Assembly: GCF_001194135.2 (NCBI RefSeq)
Contig: NC_068988.1
Location: 3,557,245 to 3,621,244 of the forward strand
Direction: 5' to 3'
DNA length: 64,000 nucleotides
DNA from: Octopus bimaculoides
Taxonomy: Eukaryota
Of this stretch, positions 1-11,996 are shown one piece after another. Position numbers and translations under genes: made by a program. The number at the start of each line of letters is the position of its first letter. Position 1 is the first letter of the stretch. The notes beneath the pieces were generated by a model. It worked only from the letters and a program-made list of their open reading frames with translations. It searched no databases and was not told where the DNA came from.

Positions 1-397
1 CAATATTTTATGAGTCAGCCTTATATATAGCTTTGCTGCATTTGTTAACATCATATAACCTCACAATAAATAATTAACATGCAAGCCTGCCAGGGTACAG
101 TGTAAGGGGGCAAATGTTTTAACCATTCTGCAATTCTGCAGTGAAATTATGTTTACTGGATAACAGAAGGATATAACCATTAGTTTTATTAGTCAAGACA
201 TATCTCAAATGGCTCGCTATTGATTGCTGTGGTAATTACGTTTGCTATTAATCAAGTAAGCCATTGGTAGCTCTACATTTAATGATGTTCTTTTTACTGC
301 AATAAATTAATTAGCAGAAATATGGTTGTCTCTTCAAAGTAAGTGATTTCTATAAAATTGAGAAGATTTATTTTAAGCAATGAAACACAAAAAAATA

Positions 398-398
<1 letters not shown>

Positions 399-443
<45 letters not shown>

Positions 444-553
444 TGTGTATATATATATGTACACACACATAGATATATATATATGTGTGTGTGTGTGAGT
501 GCGTGTATGTGTACATATATACTCACATGCATATGCATGTGTATATACATGTG

Positions 554-587
<34 letters not shown>

Positions 588-640
588 CACACACACACAT
601 ATATGTGTGTATGTATATATACATACATGTATATATATAA
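399..640. repeat. Compound (TA)n/(CA)n/(TG)n microsatellite; many similar blocks occur throughout (e.g. 3540-3920, 23345-23630, 25570-26700, 56660-56900)
   Basis: Dinucleotide runs are directly visible and explain the YIYI/HTHT/CVCV ORFs. Confidence 0.97.
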
Positions 641-1050
641 CACATAAACAATTAGTCAAGAACAATAGGCTAAGCATGTCTCTTATTGTTAATAGAAACT
701 ATGTAAGTTGTATGTAATTGATAAATCATCTGATGGTGCCAACAACAATAAACATTTCGAATACATTATCTGACATTCAAGGGCAGAAATTTGGCAGAAA
801 TAGCAGAATGATAGAGTAAATACTTTTTAATGTTTCACTCCATTAATCTACAATCAGAGTTTAATCTCATCAATATTTACCCTTCAACCAATTAGTAGCG
901 GAACCAACCATAATCTGGTACAGTTGCTCACTCAAAATACCAGATTACTTCTTAAAAATTTTCTGGTGTTGTGATATAGTAGACTATTCTACTTTCTATT
1001 AAATACCTATCATCATCATCATCATCATCATCATGGTCATTATTGTTATT

Positions 1051-1265
1051 AAGACAGCAAGCTAGCAGAAATGTTACCGCACTGGAAAAACTGCTTATAG
1101 ACATTTCTTCCAACTTTATGTTCTCAGTTCAAATGCTGTCAAGGTTGACTTTGTCTTTCATCCTTTTACAGTTGCTAAAATAAGTACCAGCTGTGAACTG
1201 GGGTTGATGTTATTGACTTATACTCTTCCCTGAAATTGCTGGCCTTGTGCCACAATTTGAAATCA
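1051..1265 (+). mobile_element. tRNA-derived SINE, abundant family
   Basis: gctagcagaa...gttcaaatgc head and gttgactttgtctttcatcc...aagtaccag...ggccttgtgcc body; the same family recurs at 44264-44690 (+), 43250-43450 (-), 60040-60250 (-) and 13880-14070 (-). Confidence 0.8.
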
Positions 1266-1406
1266 TCATTATTATTATTATTATTATTATCATCACAGTT
1301 CTCAGAATATTTTGACCGGGAGCTGGTCATAACTAACAACAATGTGTCCTCTCAACTTACTCATTCCAGATACATTTGACAGTACTCTTCTCAAAACCAC
1401 TAACTT

Positions 1407-1436
<30 letters not shown>

Positions 1437-1438
<2 letters not shown>

Positions 1439-1577
1439 ACTTTCAATACAGTAAACATAAGAGCACCACAGCAAACCACAGCACATACCCAAGGCACACA
1501 GAGCTGCGCTCGGTAGTGAAGTGAAAGCACGTTATAAAAATAAAACTACTGAATAATAATAATGATAATAATAATAA
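1437..1577 (+). mobile_element. 5'-truncated 3' end of an R4/Dong-like LINE with (AAT)n tail
   Basis: cacagcacatacccaagg...gagctgcgctcggtagtgaagtgaaagcacg closely matches the 3' end of the copy at 13570-13660; flanked on both sides by (AAT)n. Confidence 0.85.
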
Positions 1578-2481
1578 TACGACTTTACTTTCCAAGAAAA
1601 GAGGGGGGGGCCGTTGACTTTTACAACTGGAATTAACAATGAAGATTGCCATAATAGGCCTAAACACCTACCTGAAAAACTCTTATGACTGGATGTTAAA
1701 ACTTGTCTCAAAGCATGAAAATAAGAAAGCATCATACTCAGTAACAAAACAGGCAAAAGAATATCTGAGTGAATTCCAAATACAACAAATTCCGGAATTA
1801 GATGTACTAGAAACAAGCACAGAAAAAGCTAAACGCATGAAAACCTGTACTAAAACTGCTGCCTTAGATATTCTTACTGATAAATGGCAAGAAAACCTCT
1901 CAATGGCAAATACCCAAAGAGAGCTAATAGTGCCGATGTTGATAAAGACCTTACCTATCAATGGCTAATGGCTTCTGGCTTAAAATCAGAAACAGAAGGG
2001 TTTATCATAACAGCCCAATATCAATGTCTTCCTACAAGAAACTACCAGGTCAACATATTAAAGAATGGCAGTAGCCCAAAGTCTCGTGTATGTAAACAAC
2101 AAAATGAAACCATTGATCATATTGTCTCCATGTGCACCTACAGAGTATCTCAAGAGGTATGATAGAGCAGCACAATATATTCACTGGGTAATTTGCAAAA
2201 ACCTGGACCTGCCCCATTATAAAAACTGGTGGGAACACAAACCACCCCCAGTACTTGAAGATGATCACATCTCACTTCTCTAGAACTTCACCATTCAAAC
2301 TGACAGAAAGATGCAAATAGGCCAGACATCATATTGAAAGACTTCAGACAAAAATCATGCCTCCTCATTGATATGACTGTCCCAATCGATATAAATGCAT
2401 CTGTCAAGACCTACCAAAAACTGAACAAGTATAAAGATCTTGAAATAGAAATTAGCAAAATGTGGAATCTGAAGACTAAAA
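1578..2481 (+). mobile_element. R4/Dong-like non-LTR retrotransposon, C-terminal REL endonuclease region, decayed
   Basis: Translations LKSETEGFIITAQYQCLPTRNY, CKQQNETIDHIVS (zinc knuckle), RPDIILKDFRQKSCLLIDMTVP and KYKDLEIEI (PD-(D/E)xK-type REL); frameshifted; ends at an N gap. Confidence 0.9.
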
Positions 2482-2716
2482 NNNNNNNNNNNNNNNNNNN
2501 NNNNNNNNNNNNNNNNNNNNNNNNNNNNNNNNNNNNNNNNNNNNNNNNNNNNNNNNNNNNNNNNNNNNNNNNNNNNNNNNNNNNNNNNNNNNNNNNNNNN
2601 NNNNNNNNNNNNNNNNNNNNNNNNNNNNNNNNNNNNNNNNNNNNNNNNNNNNNNNNGGGTGAGACTTGGAGCCAACTTGTACCAATACAAACAAAAGTCA
2701 AACATATAATAATTAC

Positions 2717-2747
<31 letters not shown>

Positions 2748-3160
2748 TTGCAACAAGTATGGACTTGATAGAGCAAAAAATTGGTACAACCACAAACCAA
2801 CCCAAAGGCATCATAGAAAATAATAATGCAAAGATCCTGTGGGATTTTATAATTCAGTGCGACCATGAGATAGAGAATAGGAAGCCAGACATAGACTTAA
2901 TTGAGAAAGAAAACAAACTATGCTGGATCATAGATATAGCATGCCCAGCTGACAACAAGGTATGCAATAAGAAAGTAAAGTCGATAGATAGGTTAGCTTC
3001 AGAGGCTAAGCAGTTGTGGTCGATGAAAAAGGTGGTAATAGTACCAATAATTGTCAGAGCCCTGGCAAAAGTGAGTAAAAATCTTAAGAAGTAAATGGAA
3101 CAAATAGGGGCAGCAATAAGGGTGGAGCACTTGCAGAAAGCTCTATGACTTGCAAGCTCC
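2748..3160 (+). mobile_element. R4/Dong-like LINE REL fragment, second subfamily
   Basis: KILWDFIIQCDHEIENRKPDIDLIEKENKLCWIIDIACP motif; begins immediately after an (AAT)n tract. Confidence 0.85.
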
Positions 3161-3565
3161 TGACAAATCGTCCAACACATACCAGCATGGAAAACGGATA
3201 TGAAATGCTGATTATGATGATGTGGGGGTGGGATCAATAAAATATCTACCTGTAATGTAATAGGGATTGATACATATTCCATATTCCTTATTACTGCTAC
3301 TAATACAACTATAAATTTTTAATCATAAACTGAAAACAATTTGTTATCAAATTTTATTACAATTTCTTACGGATTTTATTAATGTTTCATTATTTTCCTT
3401 TTTATATATCAAAGTTTAGTTTCTCTTTCCTTTTTTATGTTCCTCCATTTGCATTCAGTATTCCTCACACAAAAACATCTTGCTTGTACTTTTTAGAATG
3501 TATCTGCTTCTTCATACTTCAACTGTATTGATAACACACACGCACACACGCATGCATGCATGAAT

Positions 3566-3606
<41 letters not shown>

Positions 3607-3677
3607 AATTCAGATATATATTCACTCATTTCCAAACATAGATACACACACCTGTATATAAGATGTGTGTATGTATA

Positions 3678-3713
<36 letters not shown>

Positions 3714-3774
3714 CACAAATATAGAAATATAAGTTTATACTTACTCCTCACTTACACATGTATATTGGTTGTAA

Positions 3775-3808
<34 letters not shown>

Positions 3809-3929
3809 GCACATGTGAGAGAGTGTGTGTATGAGAAAAATATGGGTGTGCATACAGACATACATACACTTTTATATAAGATGTATGAGCACACACATAC
3901 ACACACACACACACACACAGATATCAATT

Positions 3930-4420
3930 CCACCTCTAATCGCCCATCCTCAATATTAATTTCTTTACCATTCTTCTTACTTCCCTTTTTAGAAGACATC
4001 CTTATTCCAGTTTTCCTTTTATATTATCTTCATCATTTCTTTTTAACCATTCCTTCTCAACAGAGACAAACTAAGTTTTCTTTTTGTTAGCAATTTATGT
4101 TTTTCTTTCTTTATAATCTCTCAATAATTTTCTTTACAAATTTCCATTTATGGAAATTTTTATTTTCTTCCTCTTCAATTTCAATTGAAATTACAACCTT
4201 ATCATTTTTAATTTCAATGAACCATAATAGAGCATTCGTTGCCGTCTAACTATCAGAACCTTTTAATATTGGCATGAAACAATTTCCTGTCATTCAAACA
4301 ATACAATTACCCTTTGTTAAGCCAAACTTTACTATACCTTCACTTTAACTGTTCACTCCAATTAAATTTCTTTTTATATTTTCTGTGAACAAATTGAAAT
4401 TTTATTATAGTTTCTGTTGC
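3930..4420 (-). mobile_element. Decayed L1/Tx1-like LINE C-terminal fragment
   Basis: Purine-rich minus-strand reading with stops (NWSEQLK*RYSKVWLNKG...KLFHANIKRF...KWKFVKKI) resembles a LINE ORF2 terminus; clade assignment is tentative. Confidence 0.45.
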
Positions 4421-4850
4421 TGTTATTGTAGTTGTTGTTAATGTTTTTTTAATTTTAACCATGTACGTTACTGCATTTCATTTTTCTTTTTTTTTTTGTT
4501 TTGGTTCATGTCATGTCAAAGAACGTGTTCAAACTGCCATGATGATTCAACTTTGCAACAATCAAAATCAAACCATCCCTGAGGAGTTGAACTGATGTGT
4601 GTAAGAGTTGTTGTTTAACCCTAGGTCAATTCATGTAGGACAGATCTGGGATCAAAGAAATTCTGACTGTGATGAGCTCATTTATTTATGAAAATATAAG
4701 ATAACATTGCTTTATATATCCTTTCTTTATACATATACTTACAGAATATACATACATACACACATACATACATACATGTATAAACATAGAGTATTCTTTA
4801 TTTTGTATTGAGTCCTGTAACTTATGATTTCTAGTGAATAAAAAGAGATT

Positions 4851-4887
<37 letters not shown>

Positions 4888-5092
4888 ATANNNNNNNNNN
4901 NNNNNNNNNNNNNNNNNNNNNNNNNNNNNNNNNNNNNNNNNNNNNNNNNNNNNNNNNNNNNNNNNNNNNNNNNNNNNNNNNNNNNNNNNNNNNNNNNNNN
5001 NNNNNNNNNNNNNNNNNNNNNNNNNNNNNNNNNNNNNNNNNNNNNNNNNNNNNNNNNNNNNNNNNNNNNNNNNNNNNNNNNNNNNNNATATA

Positions 5093-5128
<36 letters not shown>

Positions 5129-5225
5129 TATATATAGGGAGAATTCACAAAAAAACAAAAGACGAAGACAGGTGCTGTAGAAAACAAACAGATATATTAG
5201 TATAATGCTTGGGAACTGAAAAAGT

Positions 5226-5261
5226 CTTTAACGTCTCGAGCCTACACTCTTGTACAGAAAG
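5226..5261 (-). ncRNA. Degenerate minimal type-I hammerhead ribozyme relic
   Basis: Minus strand CTTT-CTGTACA-A-GAGT-GTAG-GCTC-GAGA-CGT-T-AAAG: stems I and II and the ACGT palindrome are present, but the core is mutated. Confidence 0.5.
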
Positions 5262-5519
5262 GAAAACAACGAAACAAGGAGAGAAACAAGGAGAGAAACA
5301 AGGAGAGAAACAAGCAGATAAAGATATTACTTTTAGATAAAGTTCAAAAAGTTCAAAGGCTTCAGATGTCGTGGTGTATTAAAGAAACTTATAATCAACA
5401 GAGTAATCCAGAGTAGTCCATAGGCAGTAGGGGTGCAGCCAGAGTGTAGAAAGTCCAAAAGAGTTTTGAAAGGTAACACACATATACACATACATATATA
5501 CACATACATATATACACAT

Positions 5520-5570
<51 letters not shown>

Positions 5571-5744
5571 NNNNNNNNNNNNNNNNNNNNNNNNNNNNNN
5601 NNNNTATGTGTGTGTGTGTGTGTGTGTGTGTGTGAGTATATATAATCAATCCAATCAAGAACAAGCAAGACAAAACAGCAACACGAGGACGTGGAACAAG
5701 TACAGTATTATTGGACGCTCAGGAAAGGAAAGAAAAGAAAGAAG

Positions 5745-5779
5745 ATTTCACATTTCGAGCAGAGGTCTTCATCAGAAAT
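5745..5779 (-). ncRNA. Degenerate minimal type-I hammerhead ribozyme
   Basis: Minus strand ATTT-CTGATGA-A-GACC-TCT-GCTC-GAAA-TGT-G-AAAT: core intact and stem I ATTT/AAAT; one stem II mismatch, C15.2 to T, and G at the cleavage position. Confidence 0.6.
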
Positions 5780-5908
5780 ATAGAAAATGTCCAAACAAGG
5801 GAAGACAGAAAAAGAAAATCACCAATGATACACACACGTTCACATATTGAAATGACCAGAAGGGAATGGGTGAAGAAAAAGCTCTTTCACCTTTGGGATC
5901 CAATGGAT

Positions 5909-6058
5909 TGTTAGGTAACAATCTGAAATATAGCTAGTCACTATTTCATTCTATATTGGCAACCTCTGATGAGCATAGAGTTACATAATCAGATTGTTAC
6001 CTAACAGTCTGTTGAGTACCTAGGGCGAAACTGATTAGTAAGATCAGCCATAATGGAC
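5909..6058 (+). ncRNA. Hammerhead-like motif with long stem II insert and 18-bp inverted repeat
   Basis: CTGATGA-GC (5966-5974) ... GC-GAAA (6025-6030), stem III CTGAT/ATCAG; perfect inverted repeat 5909-5926 / 5989-6006; stem I is not evident. Confidence 0.4.
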
Positions 6059-6149
6059 ATATAATACTGTACACTCAGGATAATATTCCTGCTCGATTGA
6101 CAGATATACAAGTGCCCCTTTTTTTCCTGACCTAAGGACTCTTAAACAA

Positions 6150-6201
<52 letters not shown>

Positions 6202-7399
6202 GTTGGGAGAAGACTTGTGTCACTTTCTTTTGACATGATCCAATGGTTGTAAATGAGTATCACCGTCATTTCTAGGTTCTTGTGAATTCCTGCTCAGTTA
6301 AGAGGAAATAAGTGAGAGTTGGTGTTGGAAAGAGCCTCCAGCTGTGAAAAATCTGCACCATTGAAGTCTATCTGATTCAAGCAAGTGTGCAAATATAGAT
6401 GTTAAAACGATGATGATGATGATGATATATATATATATACATATATACCTATATGTATACACCTATATATACACACCTATATATATATATATANNNNNNN
6501 NNNNNNNNNNNNNNNNNNNNNNNNNNNNNNNNNNNNNNNNNNNNNNNNNNNNNNNNNNNNNNNNNNNNNNNNNNNNNNNNNNNNNNNNNNNNNNNNNNNN
6601 NNNNNNNNNNNNNNNNNNNNNNNNNNNNNNNNNNNNNNNNNNNNNNNNNNNNNNNNNNNNNNNNNNNNNNNNNNNNNNNNNNNNNNNNNNNNNNNNNNNN
6701 NNNNNNNNNNNNNNNNNNNNNNNNNNNNNNNNNNNNNNNNNNNNNNNNNNNNNNNNNNNNNNNNNNNNNNNNNNNNNNNNNNNNNNNNNNNNNNNNNNNN
6801 NNNNNNNNNNNNNNNNNNNNNNNNNNNNNNNNNNNNNNNNNNNNNNNNNNNNNNNNNNNNNNNNNNNNNNNNNNNNNNNNNNNNNNNNNNNNNNNNNNNN
6901 NNNNNNNNNNNNNNNNNNNNNNNNNNNNNNNNNNNNNNNNNNNNNNNNNTTGAAAAATTGAAGGAAATACATTTCAGTTTTATTACCTAATGAAATGGTT
7001 TATCCACCTCATTCAAATTAATTATTTATGAATTTTCTATCTATTAATTATGTAATTATATGGATAATGATGTTCATGCTGTAACTGTGGAAACAGGTGT
7101 AGAATAAAATTATGAAATATCAGTGAAAATTTTGTTTTAATTATTCTAAATATGCTTATGTGTGTGTGTGTGTGTGCGTGCGCACATACAATCCTATACA
7201 TCCATCCATCCACACACACACACACACACACACACACAAGCACACATACACAAAAACACACACACACACACACAGCGAATGTTCAGGCTAACTTTGAAGA
7301 TATTTTATGCCCCCATTTTTCGAAGATCAGCTTGGTGTATTGGTGAATAGTTAACAGTATTGGAGAGCATTAAGATTAAATTTGTAGTCAAGACGAAGT

Positions 7400-7960
7400 T
7401 AGCTTACATAGGAAACTGGAAACCTTCTGAATATTAGAAAGATTGCTGCTCAATGATCTACGACCATTGTAAAGGCTGTACAATATGATATGAATAGGAG
7501 GAAGAGACAGAGCAGGGATTCTGGCCGCATCCACACACCAAAATTCATCTCTCCATATTTGAACCGGGTCTCAGGCTCAGTTCAGACAGCTATGTGAAGC
7601 TACTGGAGACTGTGGTGAATCCCTGGCAGGAGATGGTTGCTGCTAGAAGACCATTTGTGTGGCAGCAGGATTTGACTCCTTGGTATACCTCCAGAAAGAG
7701 TCAGAAGTGGATGTCAGAAATACATATTCCCATGATCAACCCCAATATCTGGCCTCTTAATTCCTCTGATTGCAATGCTATGGATTATTATGTGTAGATT
7801 GTAGTCAAGAAAAACACCAACTCTTCGCGCAACACCAAAGCTGAGCTGGTAGCCTAGATCAAGGAGGTGTTCAAAAATCTTCCCAGAGTAATATATGTAC
7901 CAGGTTTCAGAGCTGTTTTGAGGCCATTTTAGAAACTGATGGTGATTACTTGAACTGTTT
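7400..7960 (+). mobile_element. Tc1/mariner superfamily DD37D (maT-like) transposase fragment
   Basis: VWQQD-LTPWYTSRKSQKW...IWPLNSSDCNAM-DYYV: 37 residues between the second and third catalytic Asp; continues NTKAELVA*IKEVFKNLP with stops. Confidence 0.85.
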
Positions 7961-8270
7961 TCTCCCAGCCATAATTTAGTTGGTATTTTTCAATGTTTTT
8001 AAAATGCTATGGCTAGGATATTTTCTTTTCCATTTATGCTGTATCAAATTTAGCCAAAAAACCCAATACATACATGCATACATACAAACATGCATGCATA
8101 CATACATACATACATACATTAATAGATATATGCATACATATACAGAAGTCAGATTTTCCCAAGGTATATGTGTATGGCTAGACAAAATTAATCAATTCTT
8201 TAATTTGTTTTGAAATGGCAGGGGTGGGGGCAAAAAAATGGTTGTTCCATTATTATATACATTATATATA

Positions 8271-8345
8271 CGGGCATATGGCATAGTGGTTAACAGCGTG
8301 GGCTACTAACTTCAAGATTCAGAGTTCGATTCCAGGCAATGACCT
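8271..8345 (+). mobile_element. tRNA-derived SINE head (Pol III internal promoter)
   Basis: A box TGGCATAGTGG at 8279-8289 and B box GTTCGATTCC at 8324-8333; no acceptor stem, so not a tRNA gene. Confidence 0.8.
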
Positions 8346-8410
8346 GAATAATAATAATGACATTGAAAAATACCTCAGGAATGAGAACCCAGGTTCCAAA
8401 TTTCCCCAAG

Positions 8411-8454
8411 ACACCTGATGAAGGCTGGAGGGTATATCAGCCAAAACATTGTGT
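8411..8454 (+). ncRNA. Minimal type-I hammerhead ribozyme, inactivated copy
   Basis: ACAC-CTGATGA-A-GGCTG-(10 nt)-CAGCC-AAAA-CAT-T-GTGT: perfect stems I and II; G12 and G16.2 are replaced by A. Confidence 0.75.
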
Positions 8455-11400
8455 TAACAACAAACAAGATGAGTACAAATATCCGTCAAATGTAAATAAT
8501 AATTGTTTTTGTTATATATTCTCGCTTCCATGATCTTAGTATGAATAAAATAGGGATCAATGATATAAAGTAATCAATTCAAAAAAAAGTATCTCAGTGT
8601 TAGGATATTCTGCCCCATTAATTGTACCCTCTTCACCTGTCCCTCAAATGTACACCCTTCATGTTCATGTGTACCAGTGAGTAAATTTATACAAAAAGAA
8701 CTTGAAATTTTTCATGCTAAATTATACTATAAAGCTTTCCTCTCTACTCCACCCACACACCCCTATACTCTATGCTGCTATGTTCCAGGAATGATCTCAT
8801 CTGCTCTTAATTTAGTCAAAATAGTCCAAAGCTTGTGTAGTTAGACCAGTATCTAGCTCCCCAGGTGATTGTCTACTTTGTCCACTGCTGGCCCAACAAA
8901 TTTATAATTTACATTCATTCTGTATAATAATTCCTTATTATTAGCACTGTTGCTTCACTAAAGACTAAATCTTTAGATTCTTCTGAGCTAATAACTTGTA
9001 ATAATGCTTGTTTTTCACTGTTCAGTAACAATGAAGGTGTGTGTGTGTGTGTGTGTGTGTGTCTATGTCTTTTTGTGAATGTGTATGTGTATCTTGGTGT
9101 GTCTGCATGGATACGTTTGTGTGTGTGTGTGTTTGTGCAAACAAAAAGGAAAGTAAGAAGAGAATGGAAAATTATGAAGTTTTTGTTGCTTTACTTTTAT
9201 TCTAGCAGAATCTGATGAAAATATTAGCAGAGAGGTGTTGACCATTCCACCAACTAAGAACAACTTTCTCGGTACAGATTATTCGGTCAGAAAAAGATTA
9301 ATGGAAATATATTCAGTCATTCAAAGTTTTATTCTGAAACATAATTAACATTAAATATACATAAACTATTTTTAACTATTTTAGATGTTAACATCAAAGA
9401 AAACTTTATCAAATTGTTTTTTTACACCTTCCTAAAACTAATCTTGACATAACACTCACTTTCCACTGTTTTGCTTATAAAATATCTATCATATTGCACT
9501 CCCCACTTTTGGTCCAAATATTTAAATGCCATCATCAGCATAATCATTATCTTCCTCCTCCTCGTCATCATCATCATCATCACCATCACCATCACCATTT
9601 CTCCCCAGCATGTGCTGGATGAATTGTCAAGGTCTCAAGCAGTTCCTAATTAAAGTTACTTCTTTTTTAGACAGAGTGAGGACTATGTCTCACTCATACA
9701 TTTTATGTTTTGGCTTAGCCTCATTAGCTAAATCCACTCCCTATCACCTTCCACCTCACAGTGTGCCCTTGGTGCATTTTGTCAAGGAACCAGTTTTTAA
9801 AAGACAACACCAAAGGCTCCCTTCAACTTTATATCTTTTGCTCATTCAACAACTCCATTAGTGAGTATACTGGTTACCTTGTACCATGGCACCAGGACTA
9901 GTGAGGTTGCCTTGTTATAGGCAAGGCAAAAGGCTCCTCTCTGCTCAAATTGCCTCTCTTCATTCCAGTAATGGAATGAAAGAAGAAGATAGACAGACAG
10001 ATACGCAGAGACAGAGAGAGTAAACAAGGAATGAATAGTTCTGAGAATGGTTTGATGTAAAAGGATGTGAGTAATGAGTAGCCACAGAAATAGTGAGAGA
10101 ATCTATAGTATTTGAACCAGTAGGAGAAAAACAACAGTGGATATCTCATTTTCTAGACTTATGGCAACAAAATATTTATTATTTGTAAGAACATCTCCAT
10201 CACCTGTTAAAATGCAGTTTATAATTCTCCATTCTCTTTTATCACAAAGGTGTTTATTGCATGGAAGGTGGAGTTTTAGTTGTGATTTTCTTCCTCAAGA
10301 ACAAAAGAATAATCATGTAAGAGGCAAAAACAATAGCTGTAAGAAGTGGCAAGGAATAATATCGGTACCACTGCTCAACAACTCATACTTGAACAACAGT
10401 GATGTAACAGCCATTACATATTGCAATATATTTTCTGTATTTGTAATGCAATGCTTTCCATGTTTCTAGTGAAGTGGTTTGCTAACAGAGAAATTACACT
10501 ACCATACACAAATGGACAGCATTCTTAAAGAATTTAATTTAAAACTTATGTTGTCGTTATTGGTGTTTGACCTTTACTCTCAACTTGATCAAGCAGATCT
10601 ATGATCAAAGACGTTCCAGCCATGAACCATCCTCCGTTATATTTCAGACAGTCTATATTGAGCATTACATTACCCAATGTGTTCTTTCTTTTTTTAAGAT
10701 GGAAGTGACGTGTGGGAACTTAGGCTGCCACTTCTAGCAATTAGTGTAACCTTTGTGAGGCAGCTATCAAACCATGGTAACACGGTGTATGCGCGCGTGT
10801 GTGTGTGTGTGGGTGTATGTAAGTGCAGAGATCTTCATTGCACTTGCAATATTCTGATATTCCAGCATTTCTTGAATGAGGTTGGATTGTTTTTCTTTTT
10901 CTTTAGAACTAAGCTTTTTCTTGTTGGACTACATTCTTGAGAAAATATTGCAAGACAAGTGTTGTTGAAAACAGGCTTACACCATACACACACACACACA
11001 AATATATACAGGGCGCAATAATTCTAAATAAGCACTGTGCAAGTGATGTTATTTATTTCAAGTCTTCCATGGAAAAGATGTCTGGGCCAAGGGAAGATAT
11101 TACTTAGCTTGGCAACAGAAAATTTGCCTCAACACTTTCCATCTGACTCATGCAAACACAGAAAAGTGGGAGCTATGATGATGATGATGACGATGACAAT
11201 GACGATGACAAGGATGATACAGAGTCATGTGCACACTCAGTTTTAAAAATCACAAAAGGGGCAAAAAGAAAAAATATGAGCAAGTAACGAGGACAGTATT
11301 TTACCTTATTAATCCAAATTATATTTCATAAAAATTAAACTACATTTTACAATTTATTTCAGTAATATTTCATAAAACAAAATTTATTTTAAAAATAAAT

Positions 11401-11925
11401 CCATCAGTAACCTTGTAATGATGTAAACTTTGCTGGCTATTTTTGTAGTTAGGCCAACTAGTTTGTGACTACTATTATGGCTAGTGTGGCTGATGTTCAC
11501 ATTTCACATTGCTACTGTTACTAATTAAAGGATTTCACTTCAGTTAAAATCATTAATATATTTTTATGCCAAACATCATCATTTCCACAGATAAATCATT
11601 ATGGTTAATCTATAAATTTGCGGCATTGAAAATGTAACTGCAAATACCAGACAGCCAAAGAATAAAATAGAAAACAAAACAAATGAGAAAATAACAAATG
11701 GAAACAAGTATAAACTCTGTTTACCCTCATCCACCAACTCATTTTATTGCCTCTAATTTTCATCTCCATCACTCATACATAATTTGTTTGACTTATTTTT
11801 TAAAAAATTTATATTTTATGTGTTTATATTGATTTTCATCAATATTATACATAGTTCAACTTTTCGCTTCACCTCAAACAACACCTATTCTAGTCTCACT
11901 TAGCCAGCAGTTTTATTCAAAGTTT

Positions 11926-11996
<71 letters not shown>

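Noticed and set aside
294-717. ORFs of YIYI/HTHT/CVCV type here and throughout, and long ORFs containing X runs (e.g. 6410-6961, 47452-48789)
   Set aside because: They are translations of microsatellites and N gaps.
8271-8345. tRNA gene
   Set aside because: A and B boxes are present but there is no cloverleaf or acceptor stem; it is a SINE head. No rRNA, tRNA or CRISPR array was seen in the window.
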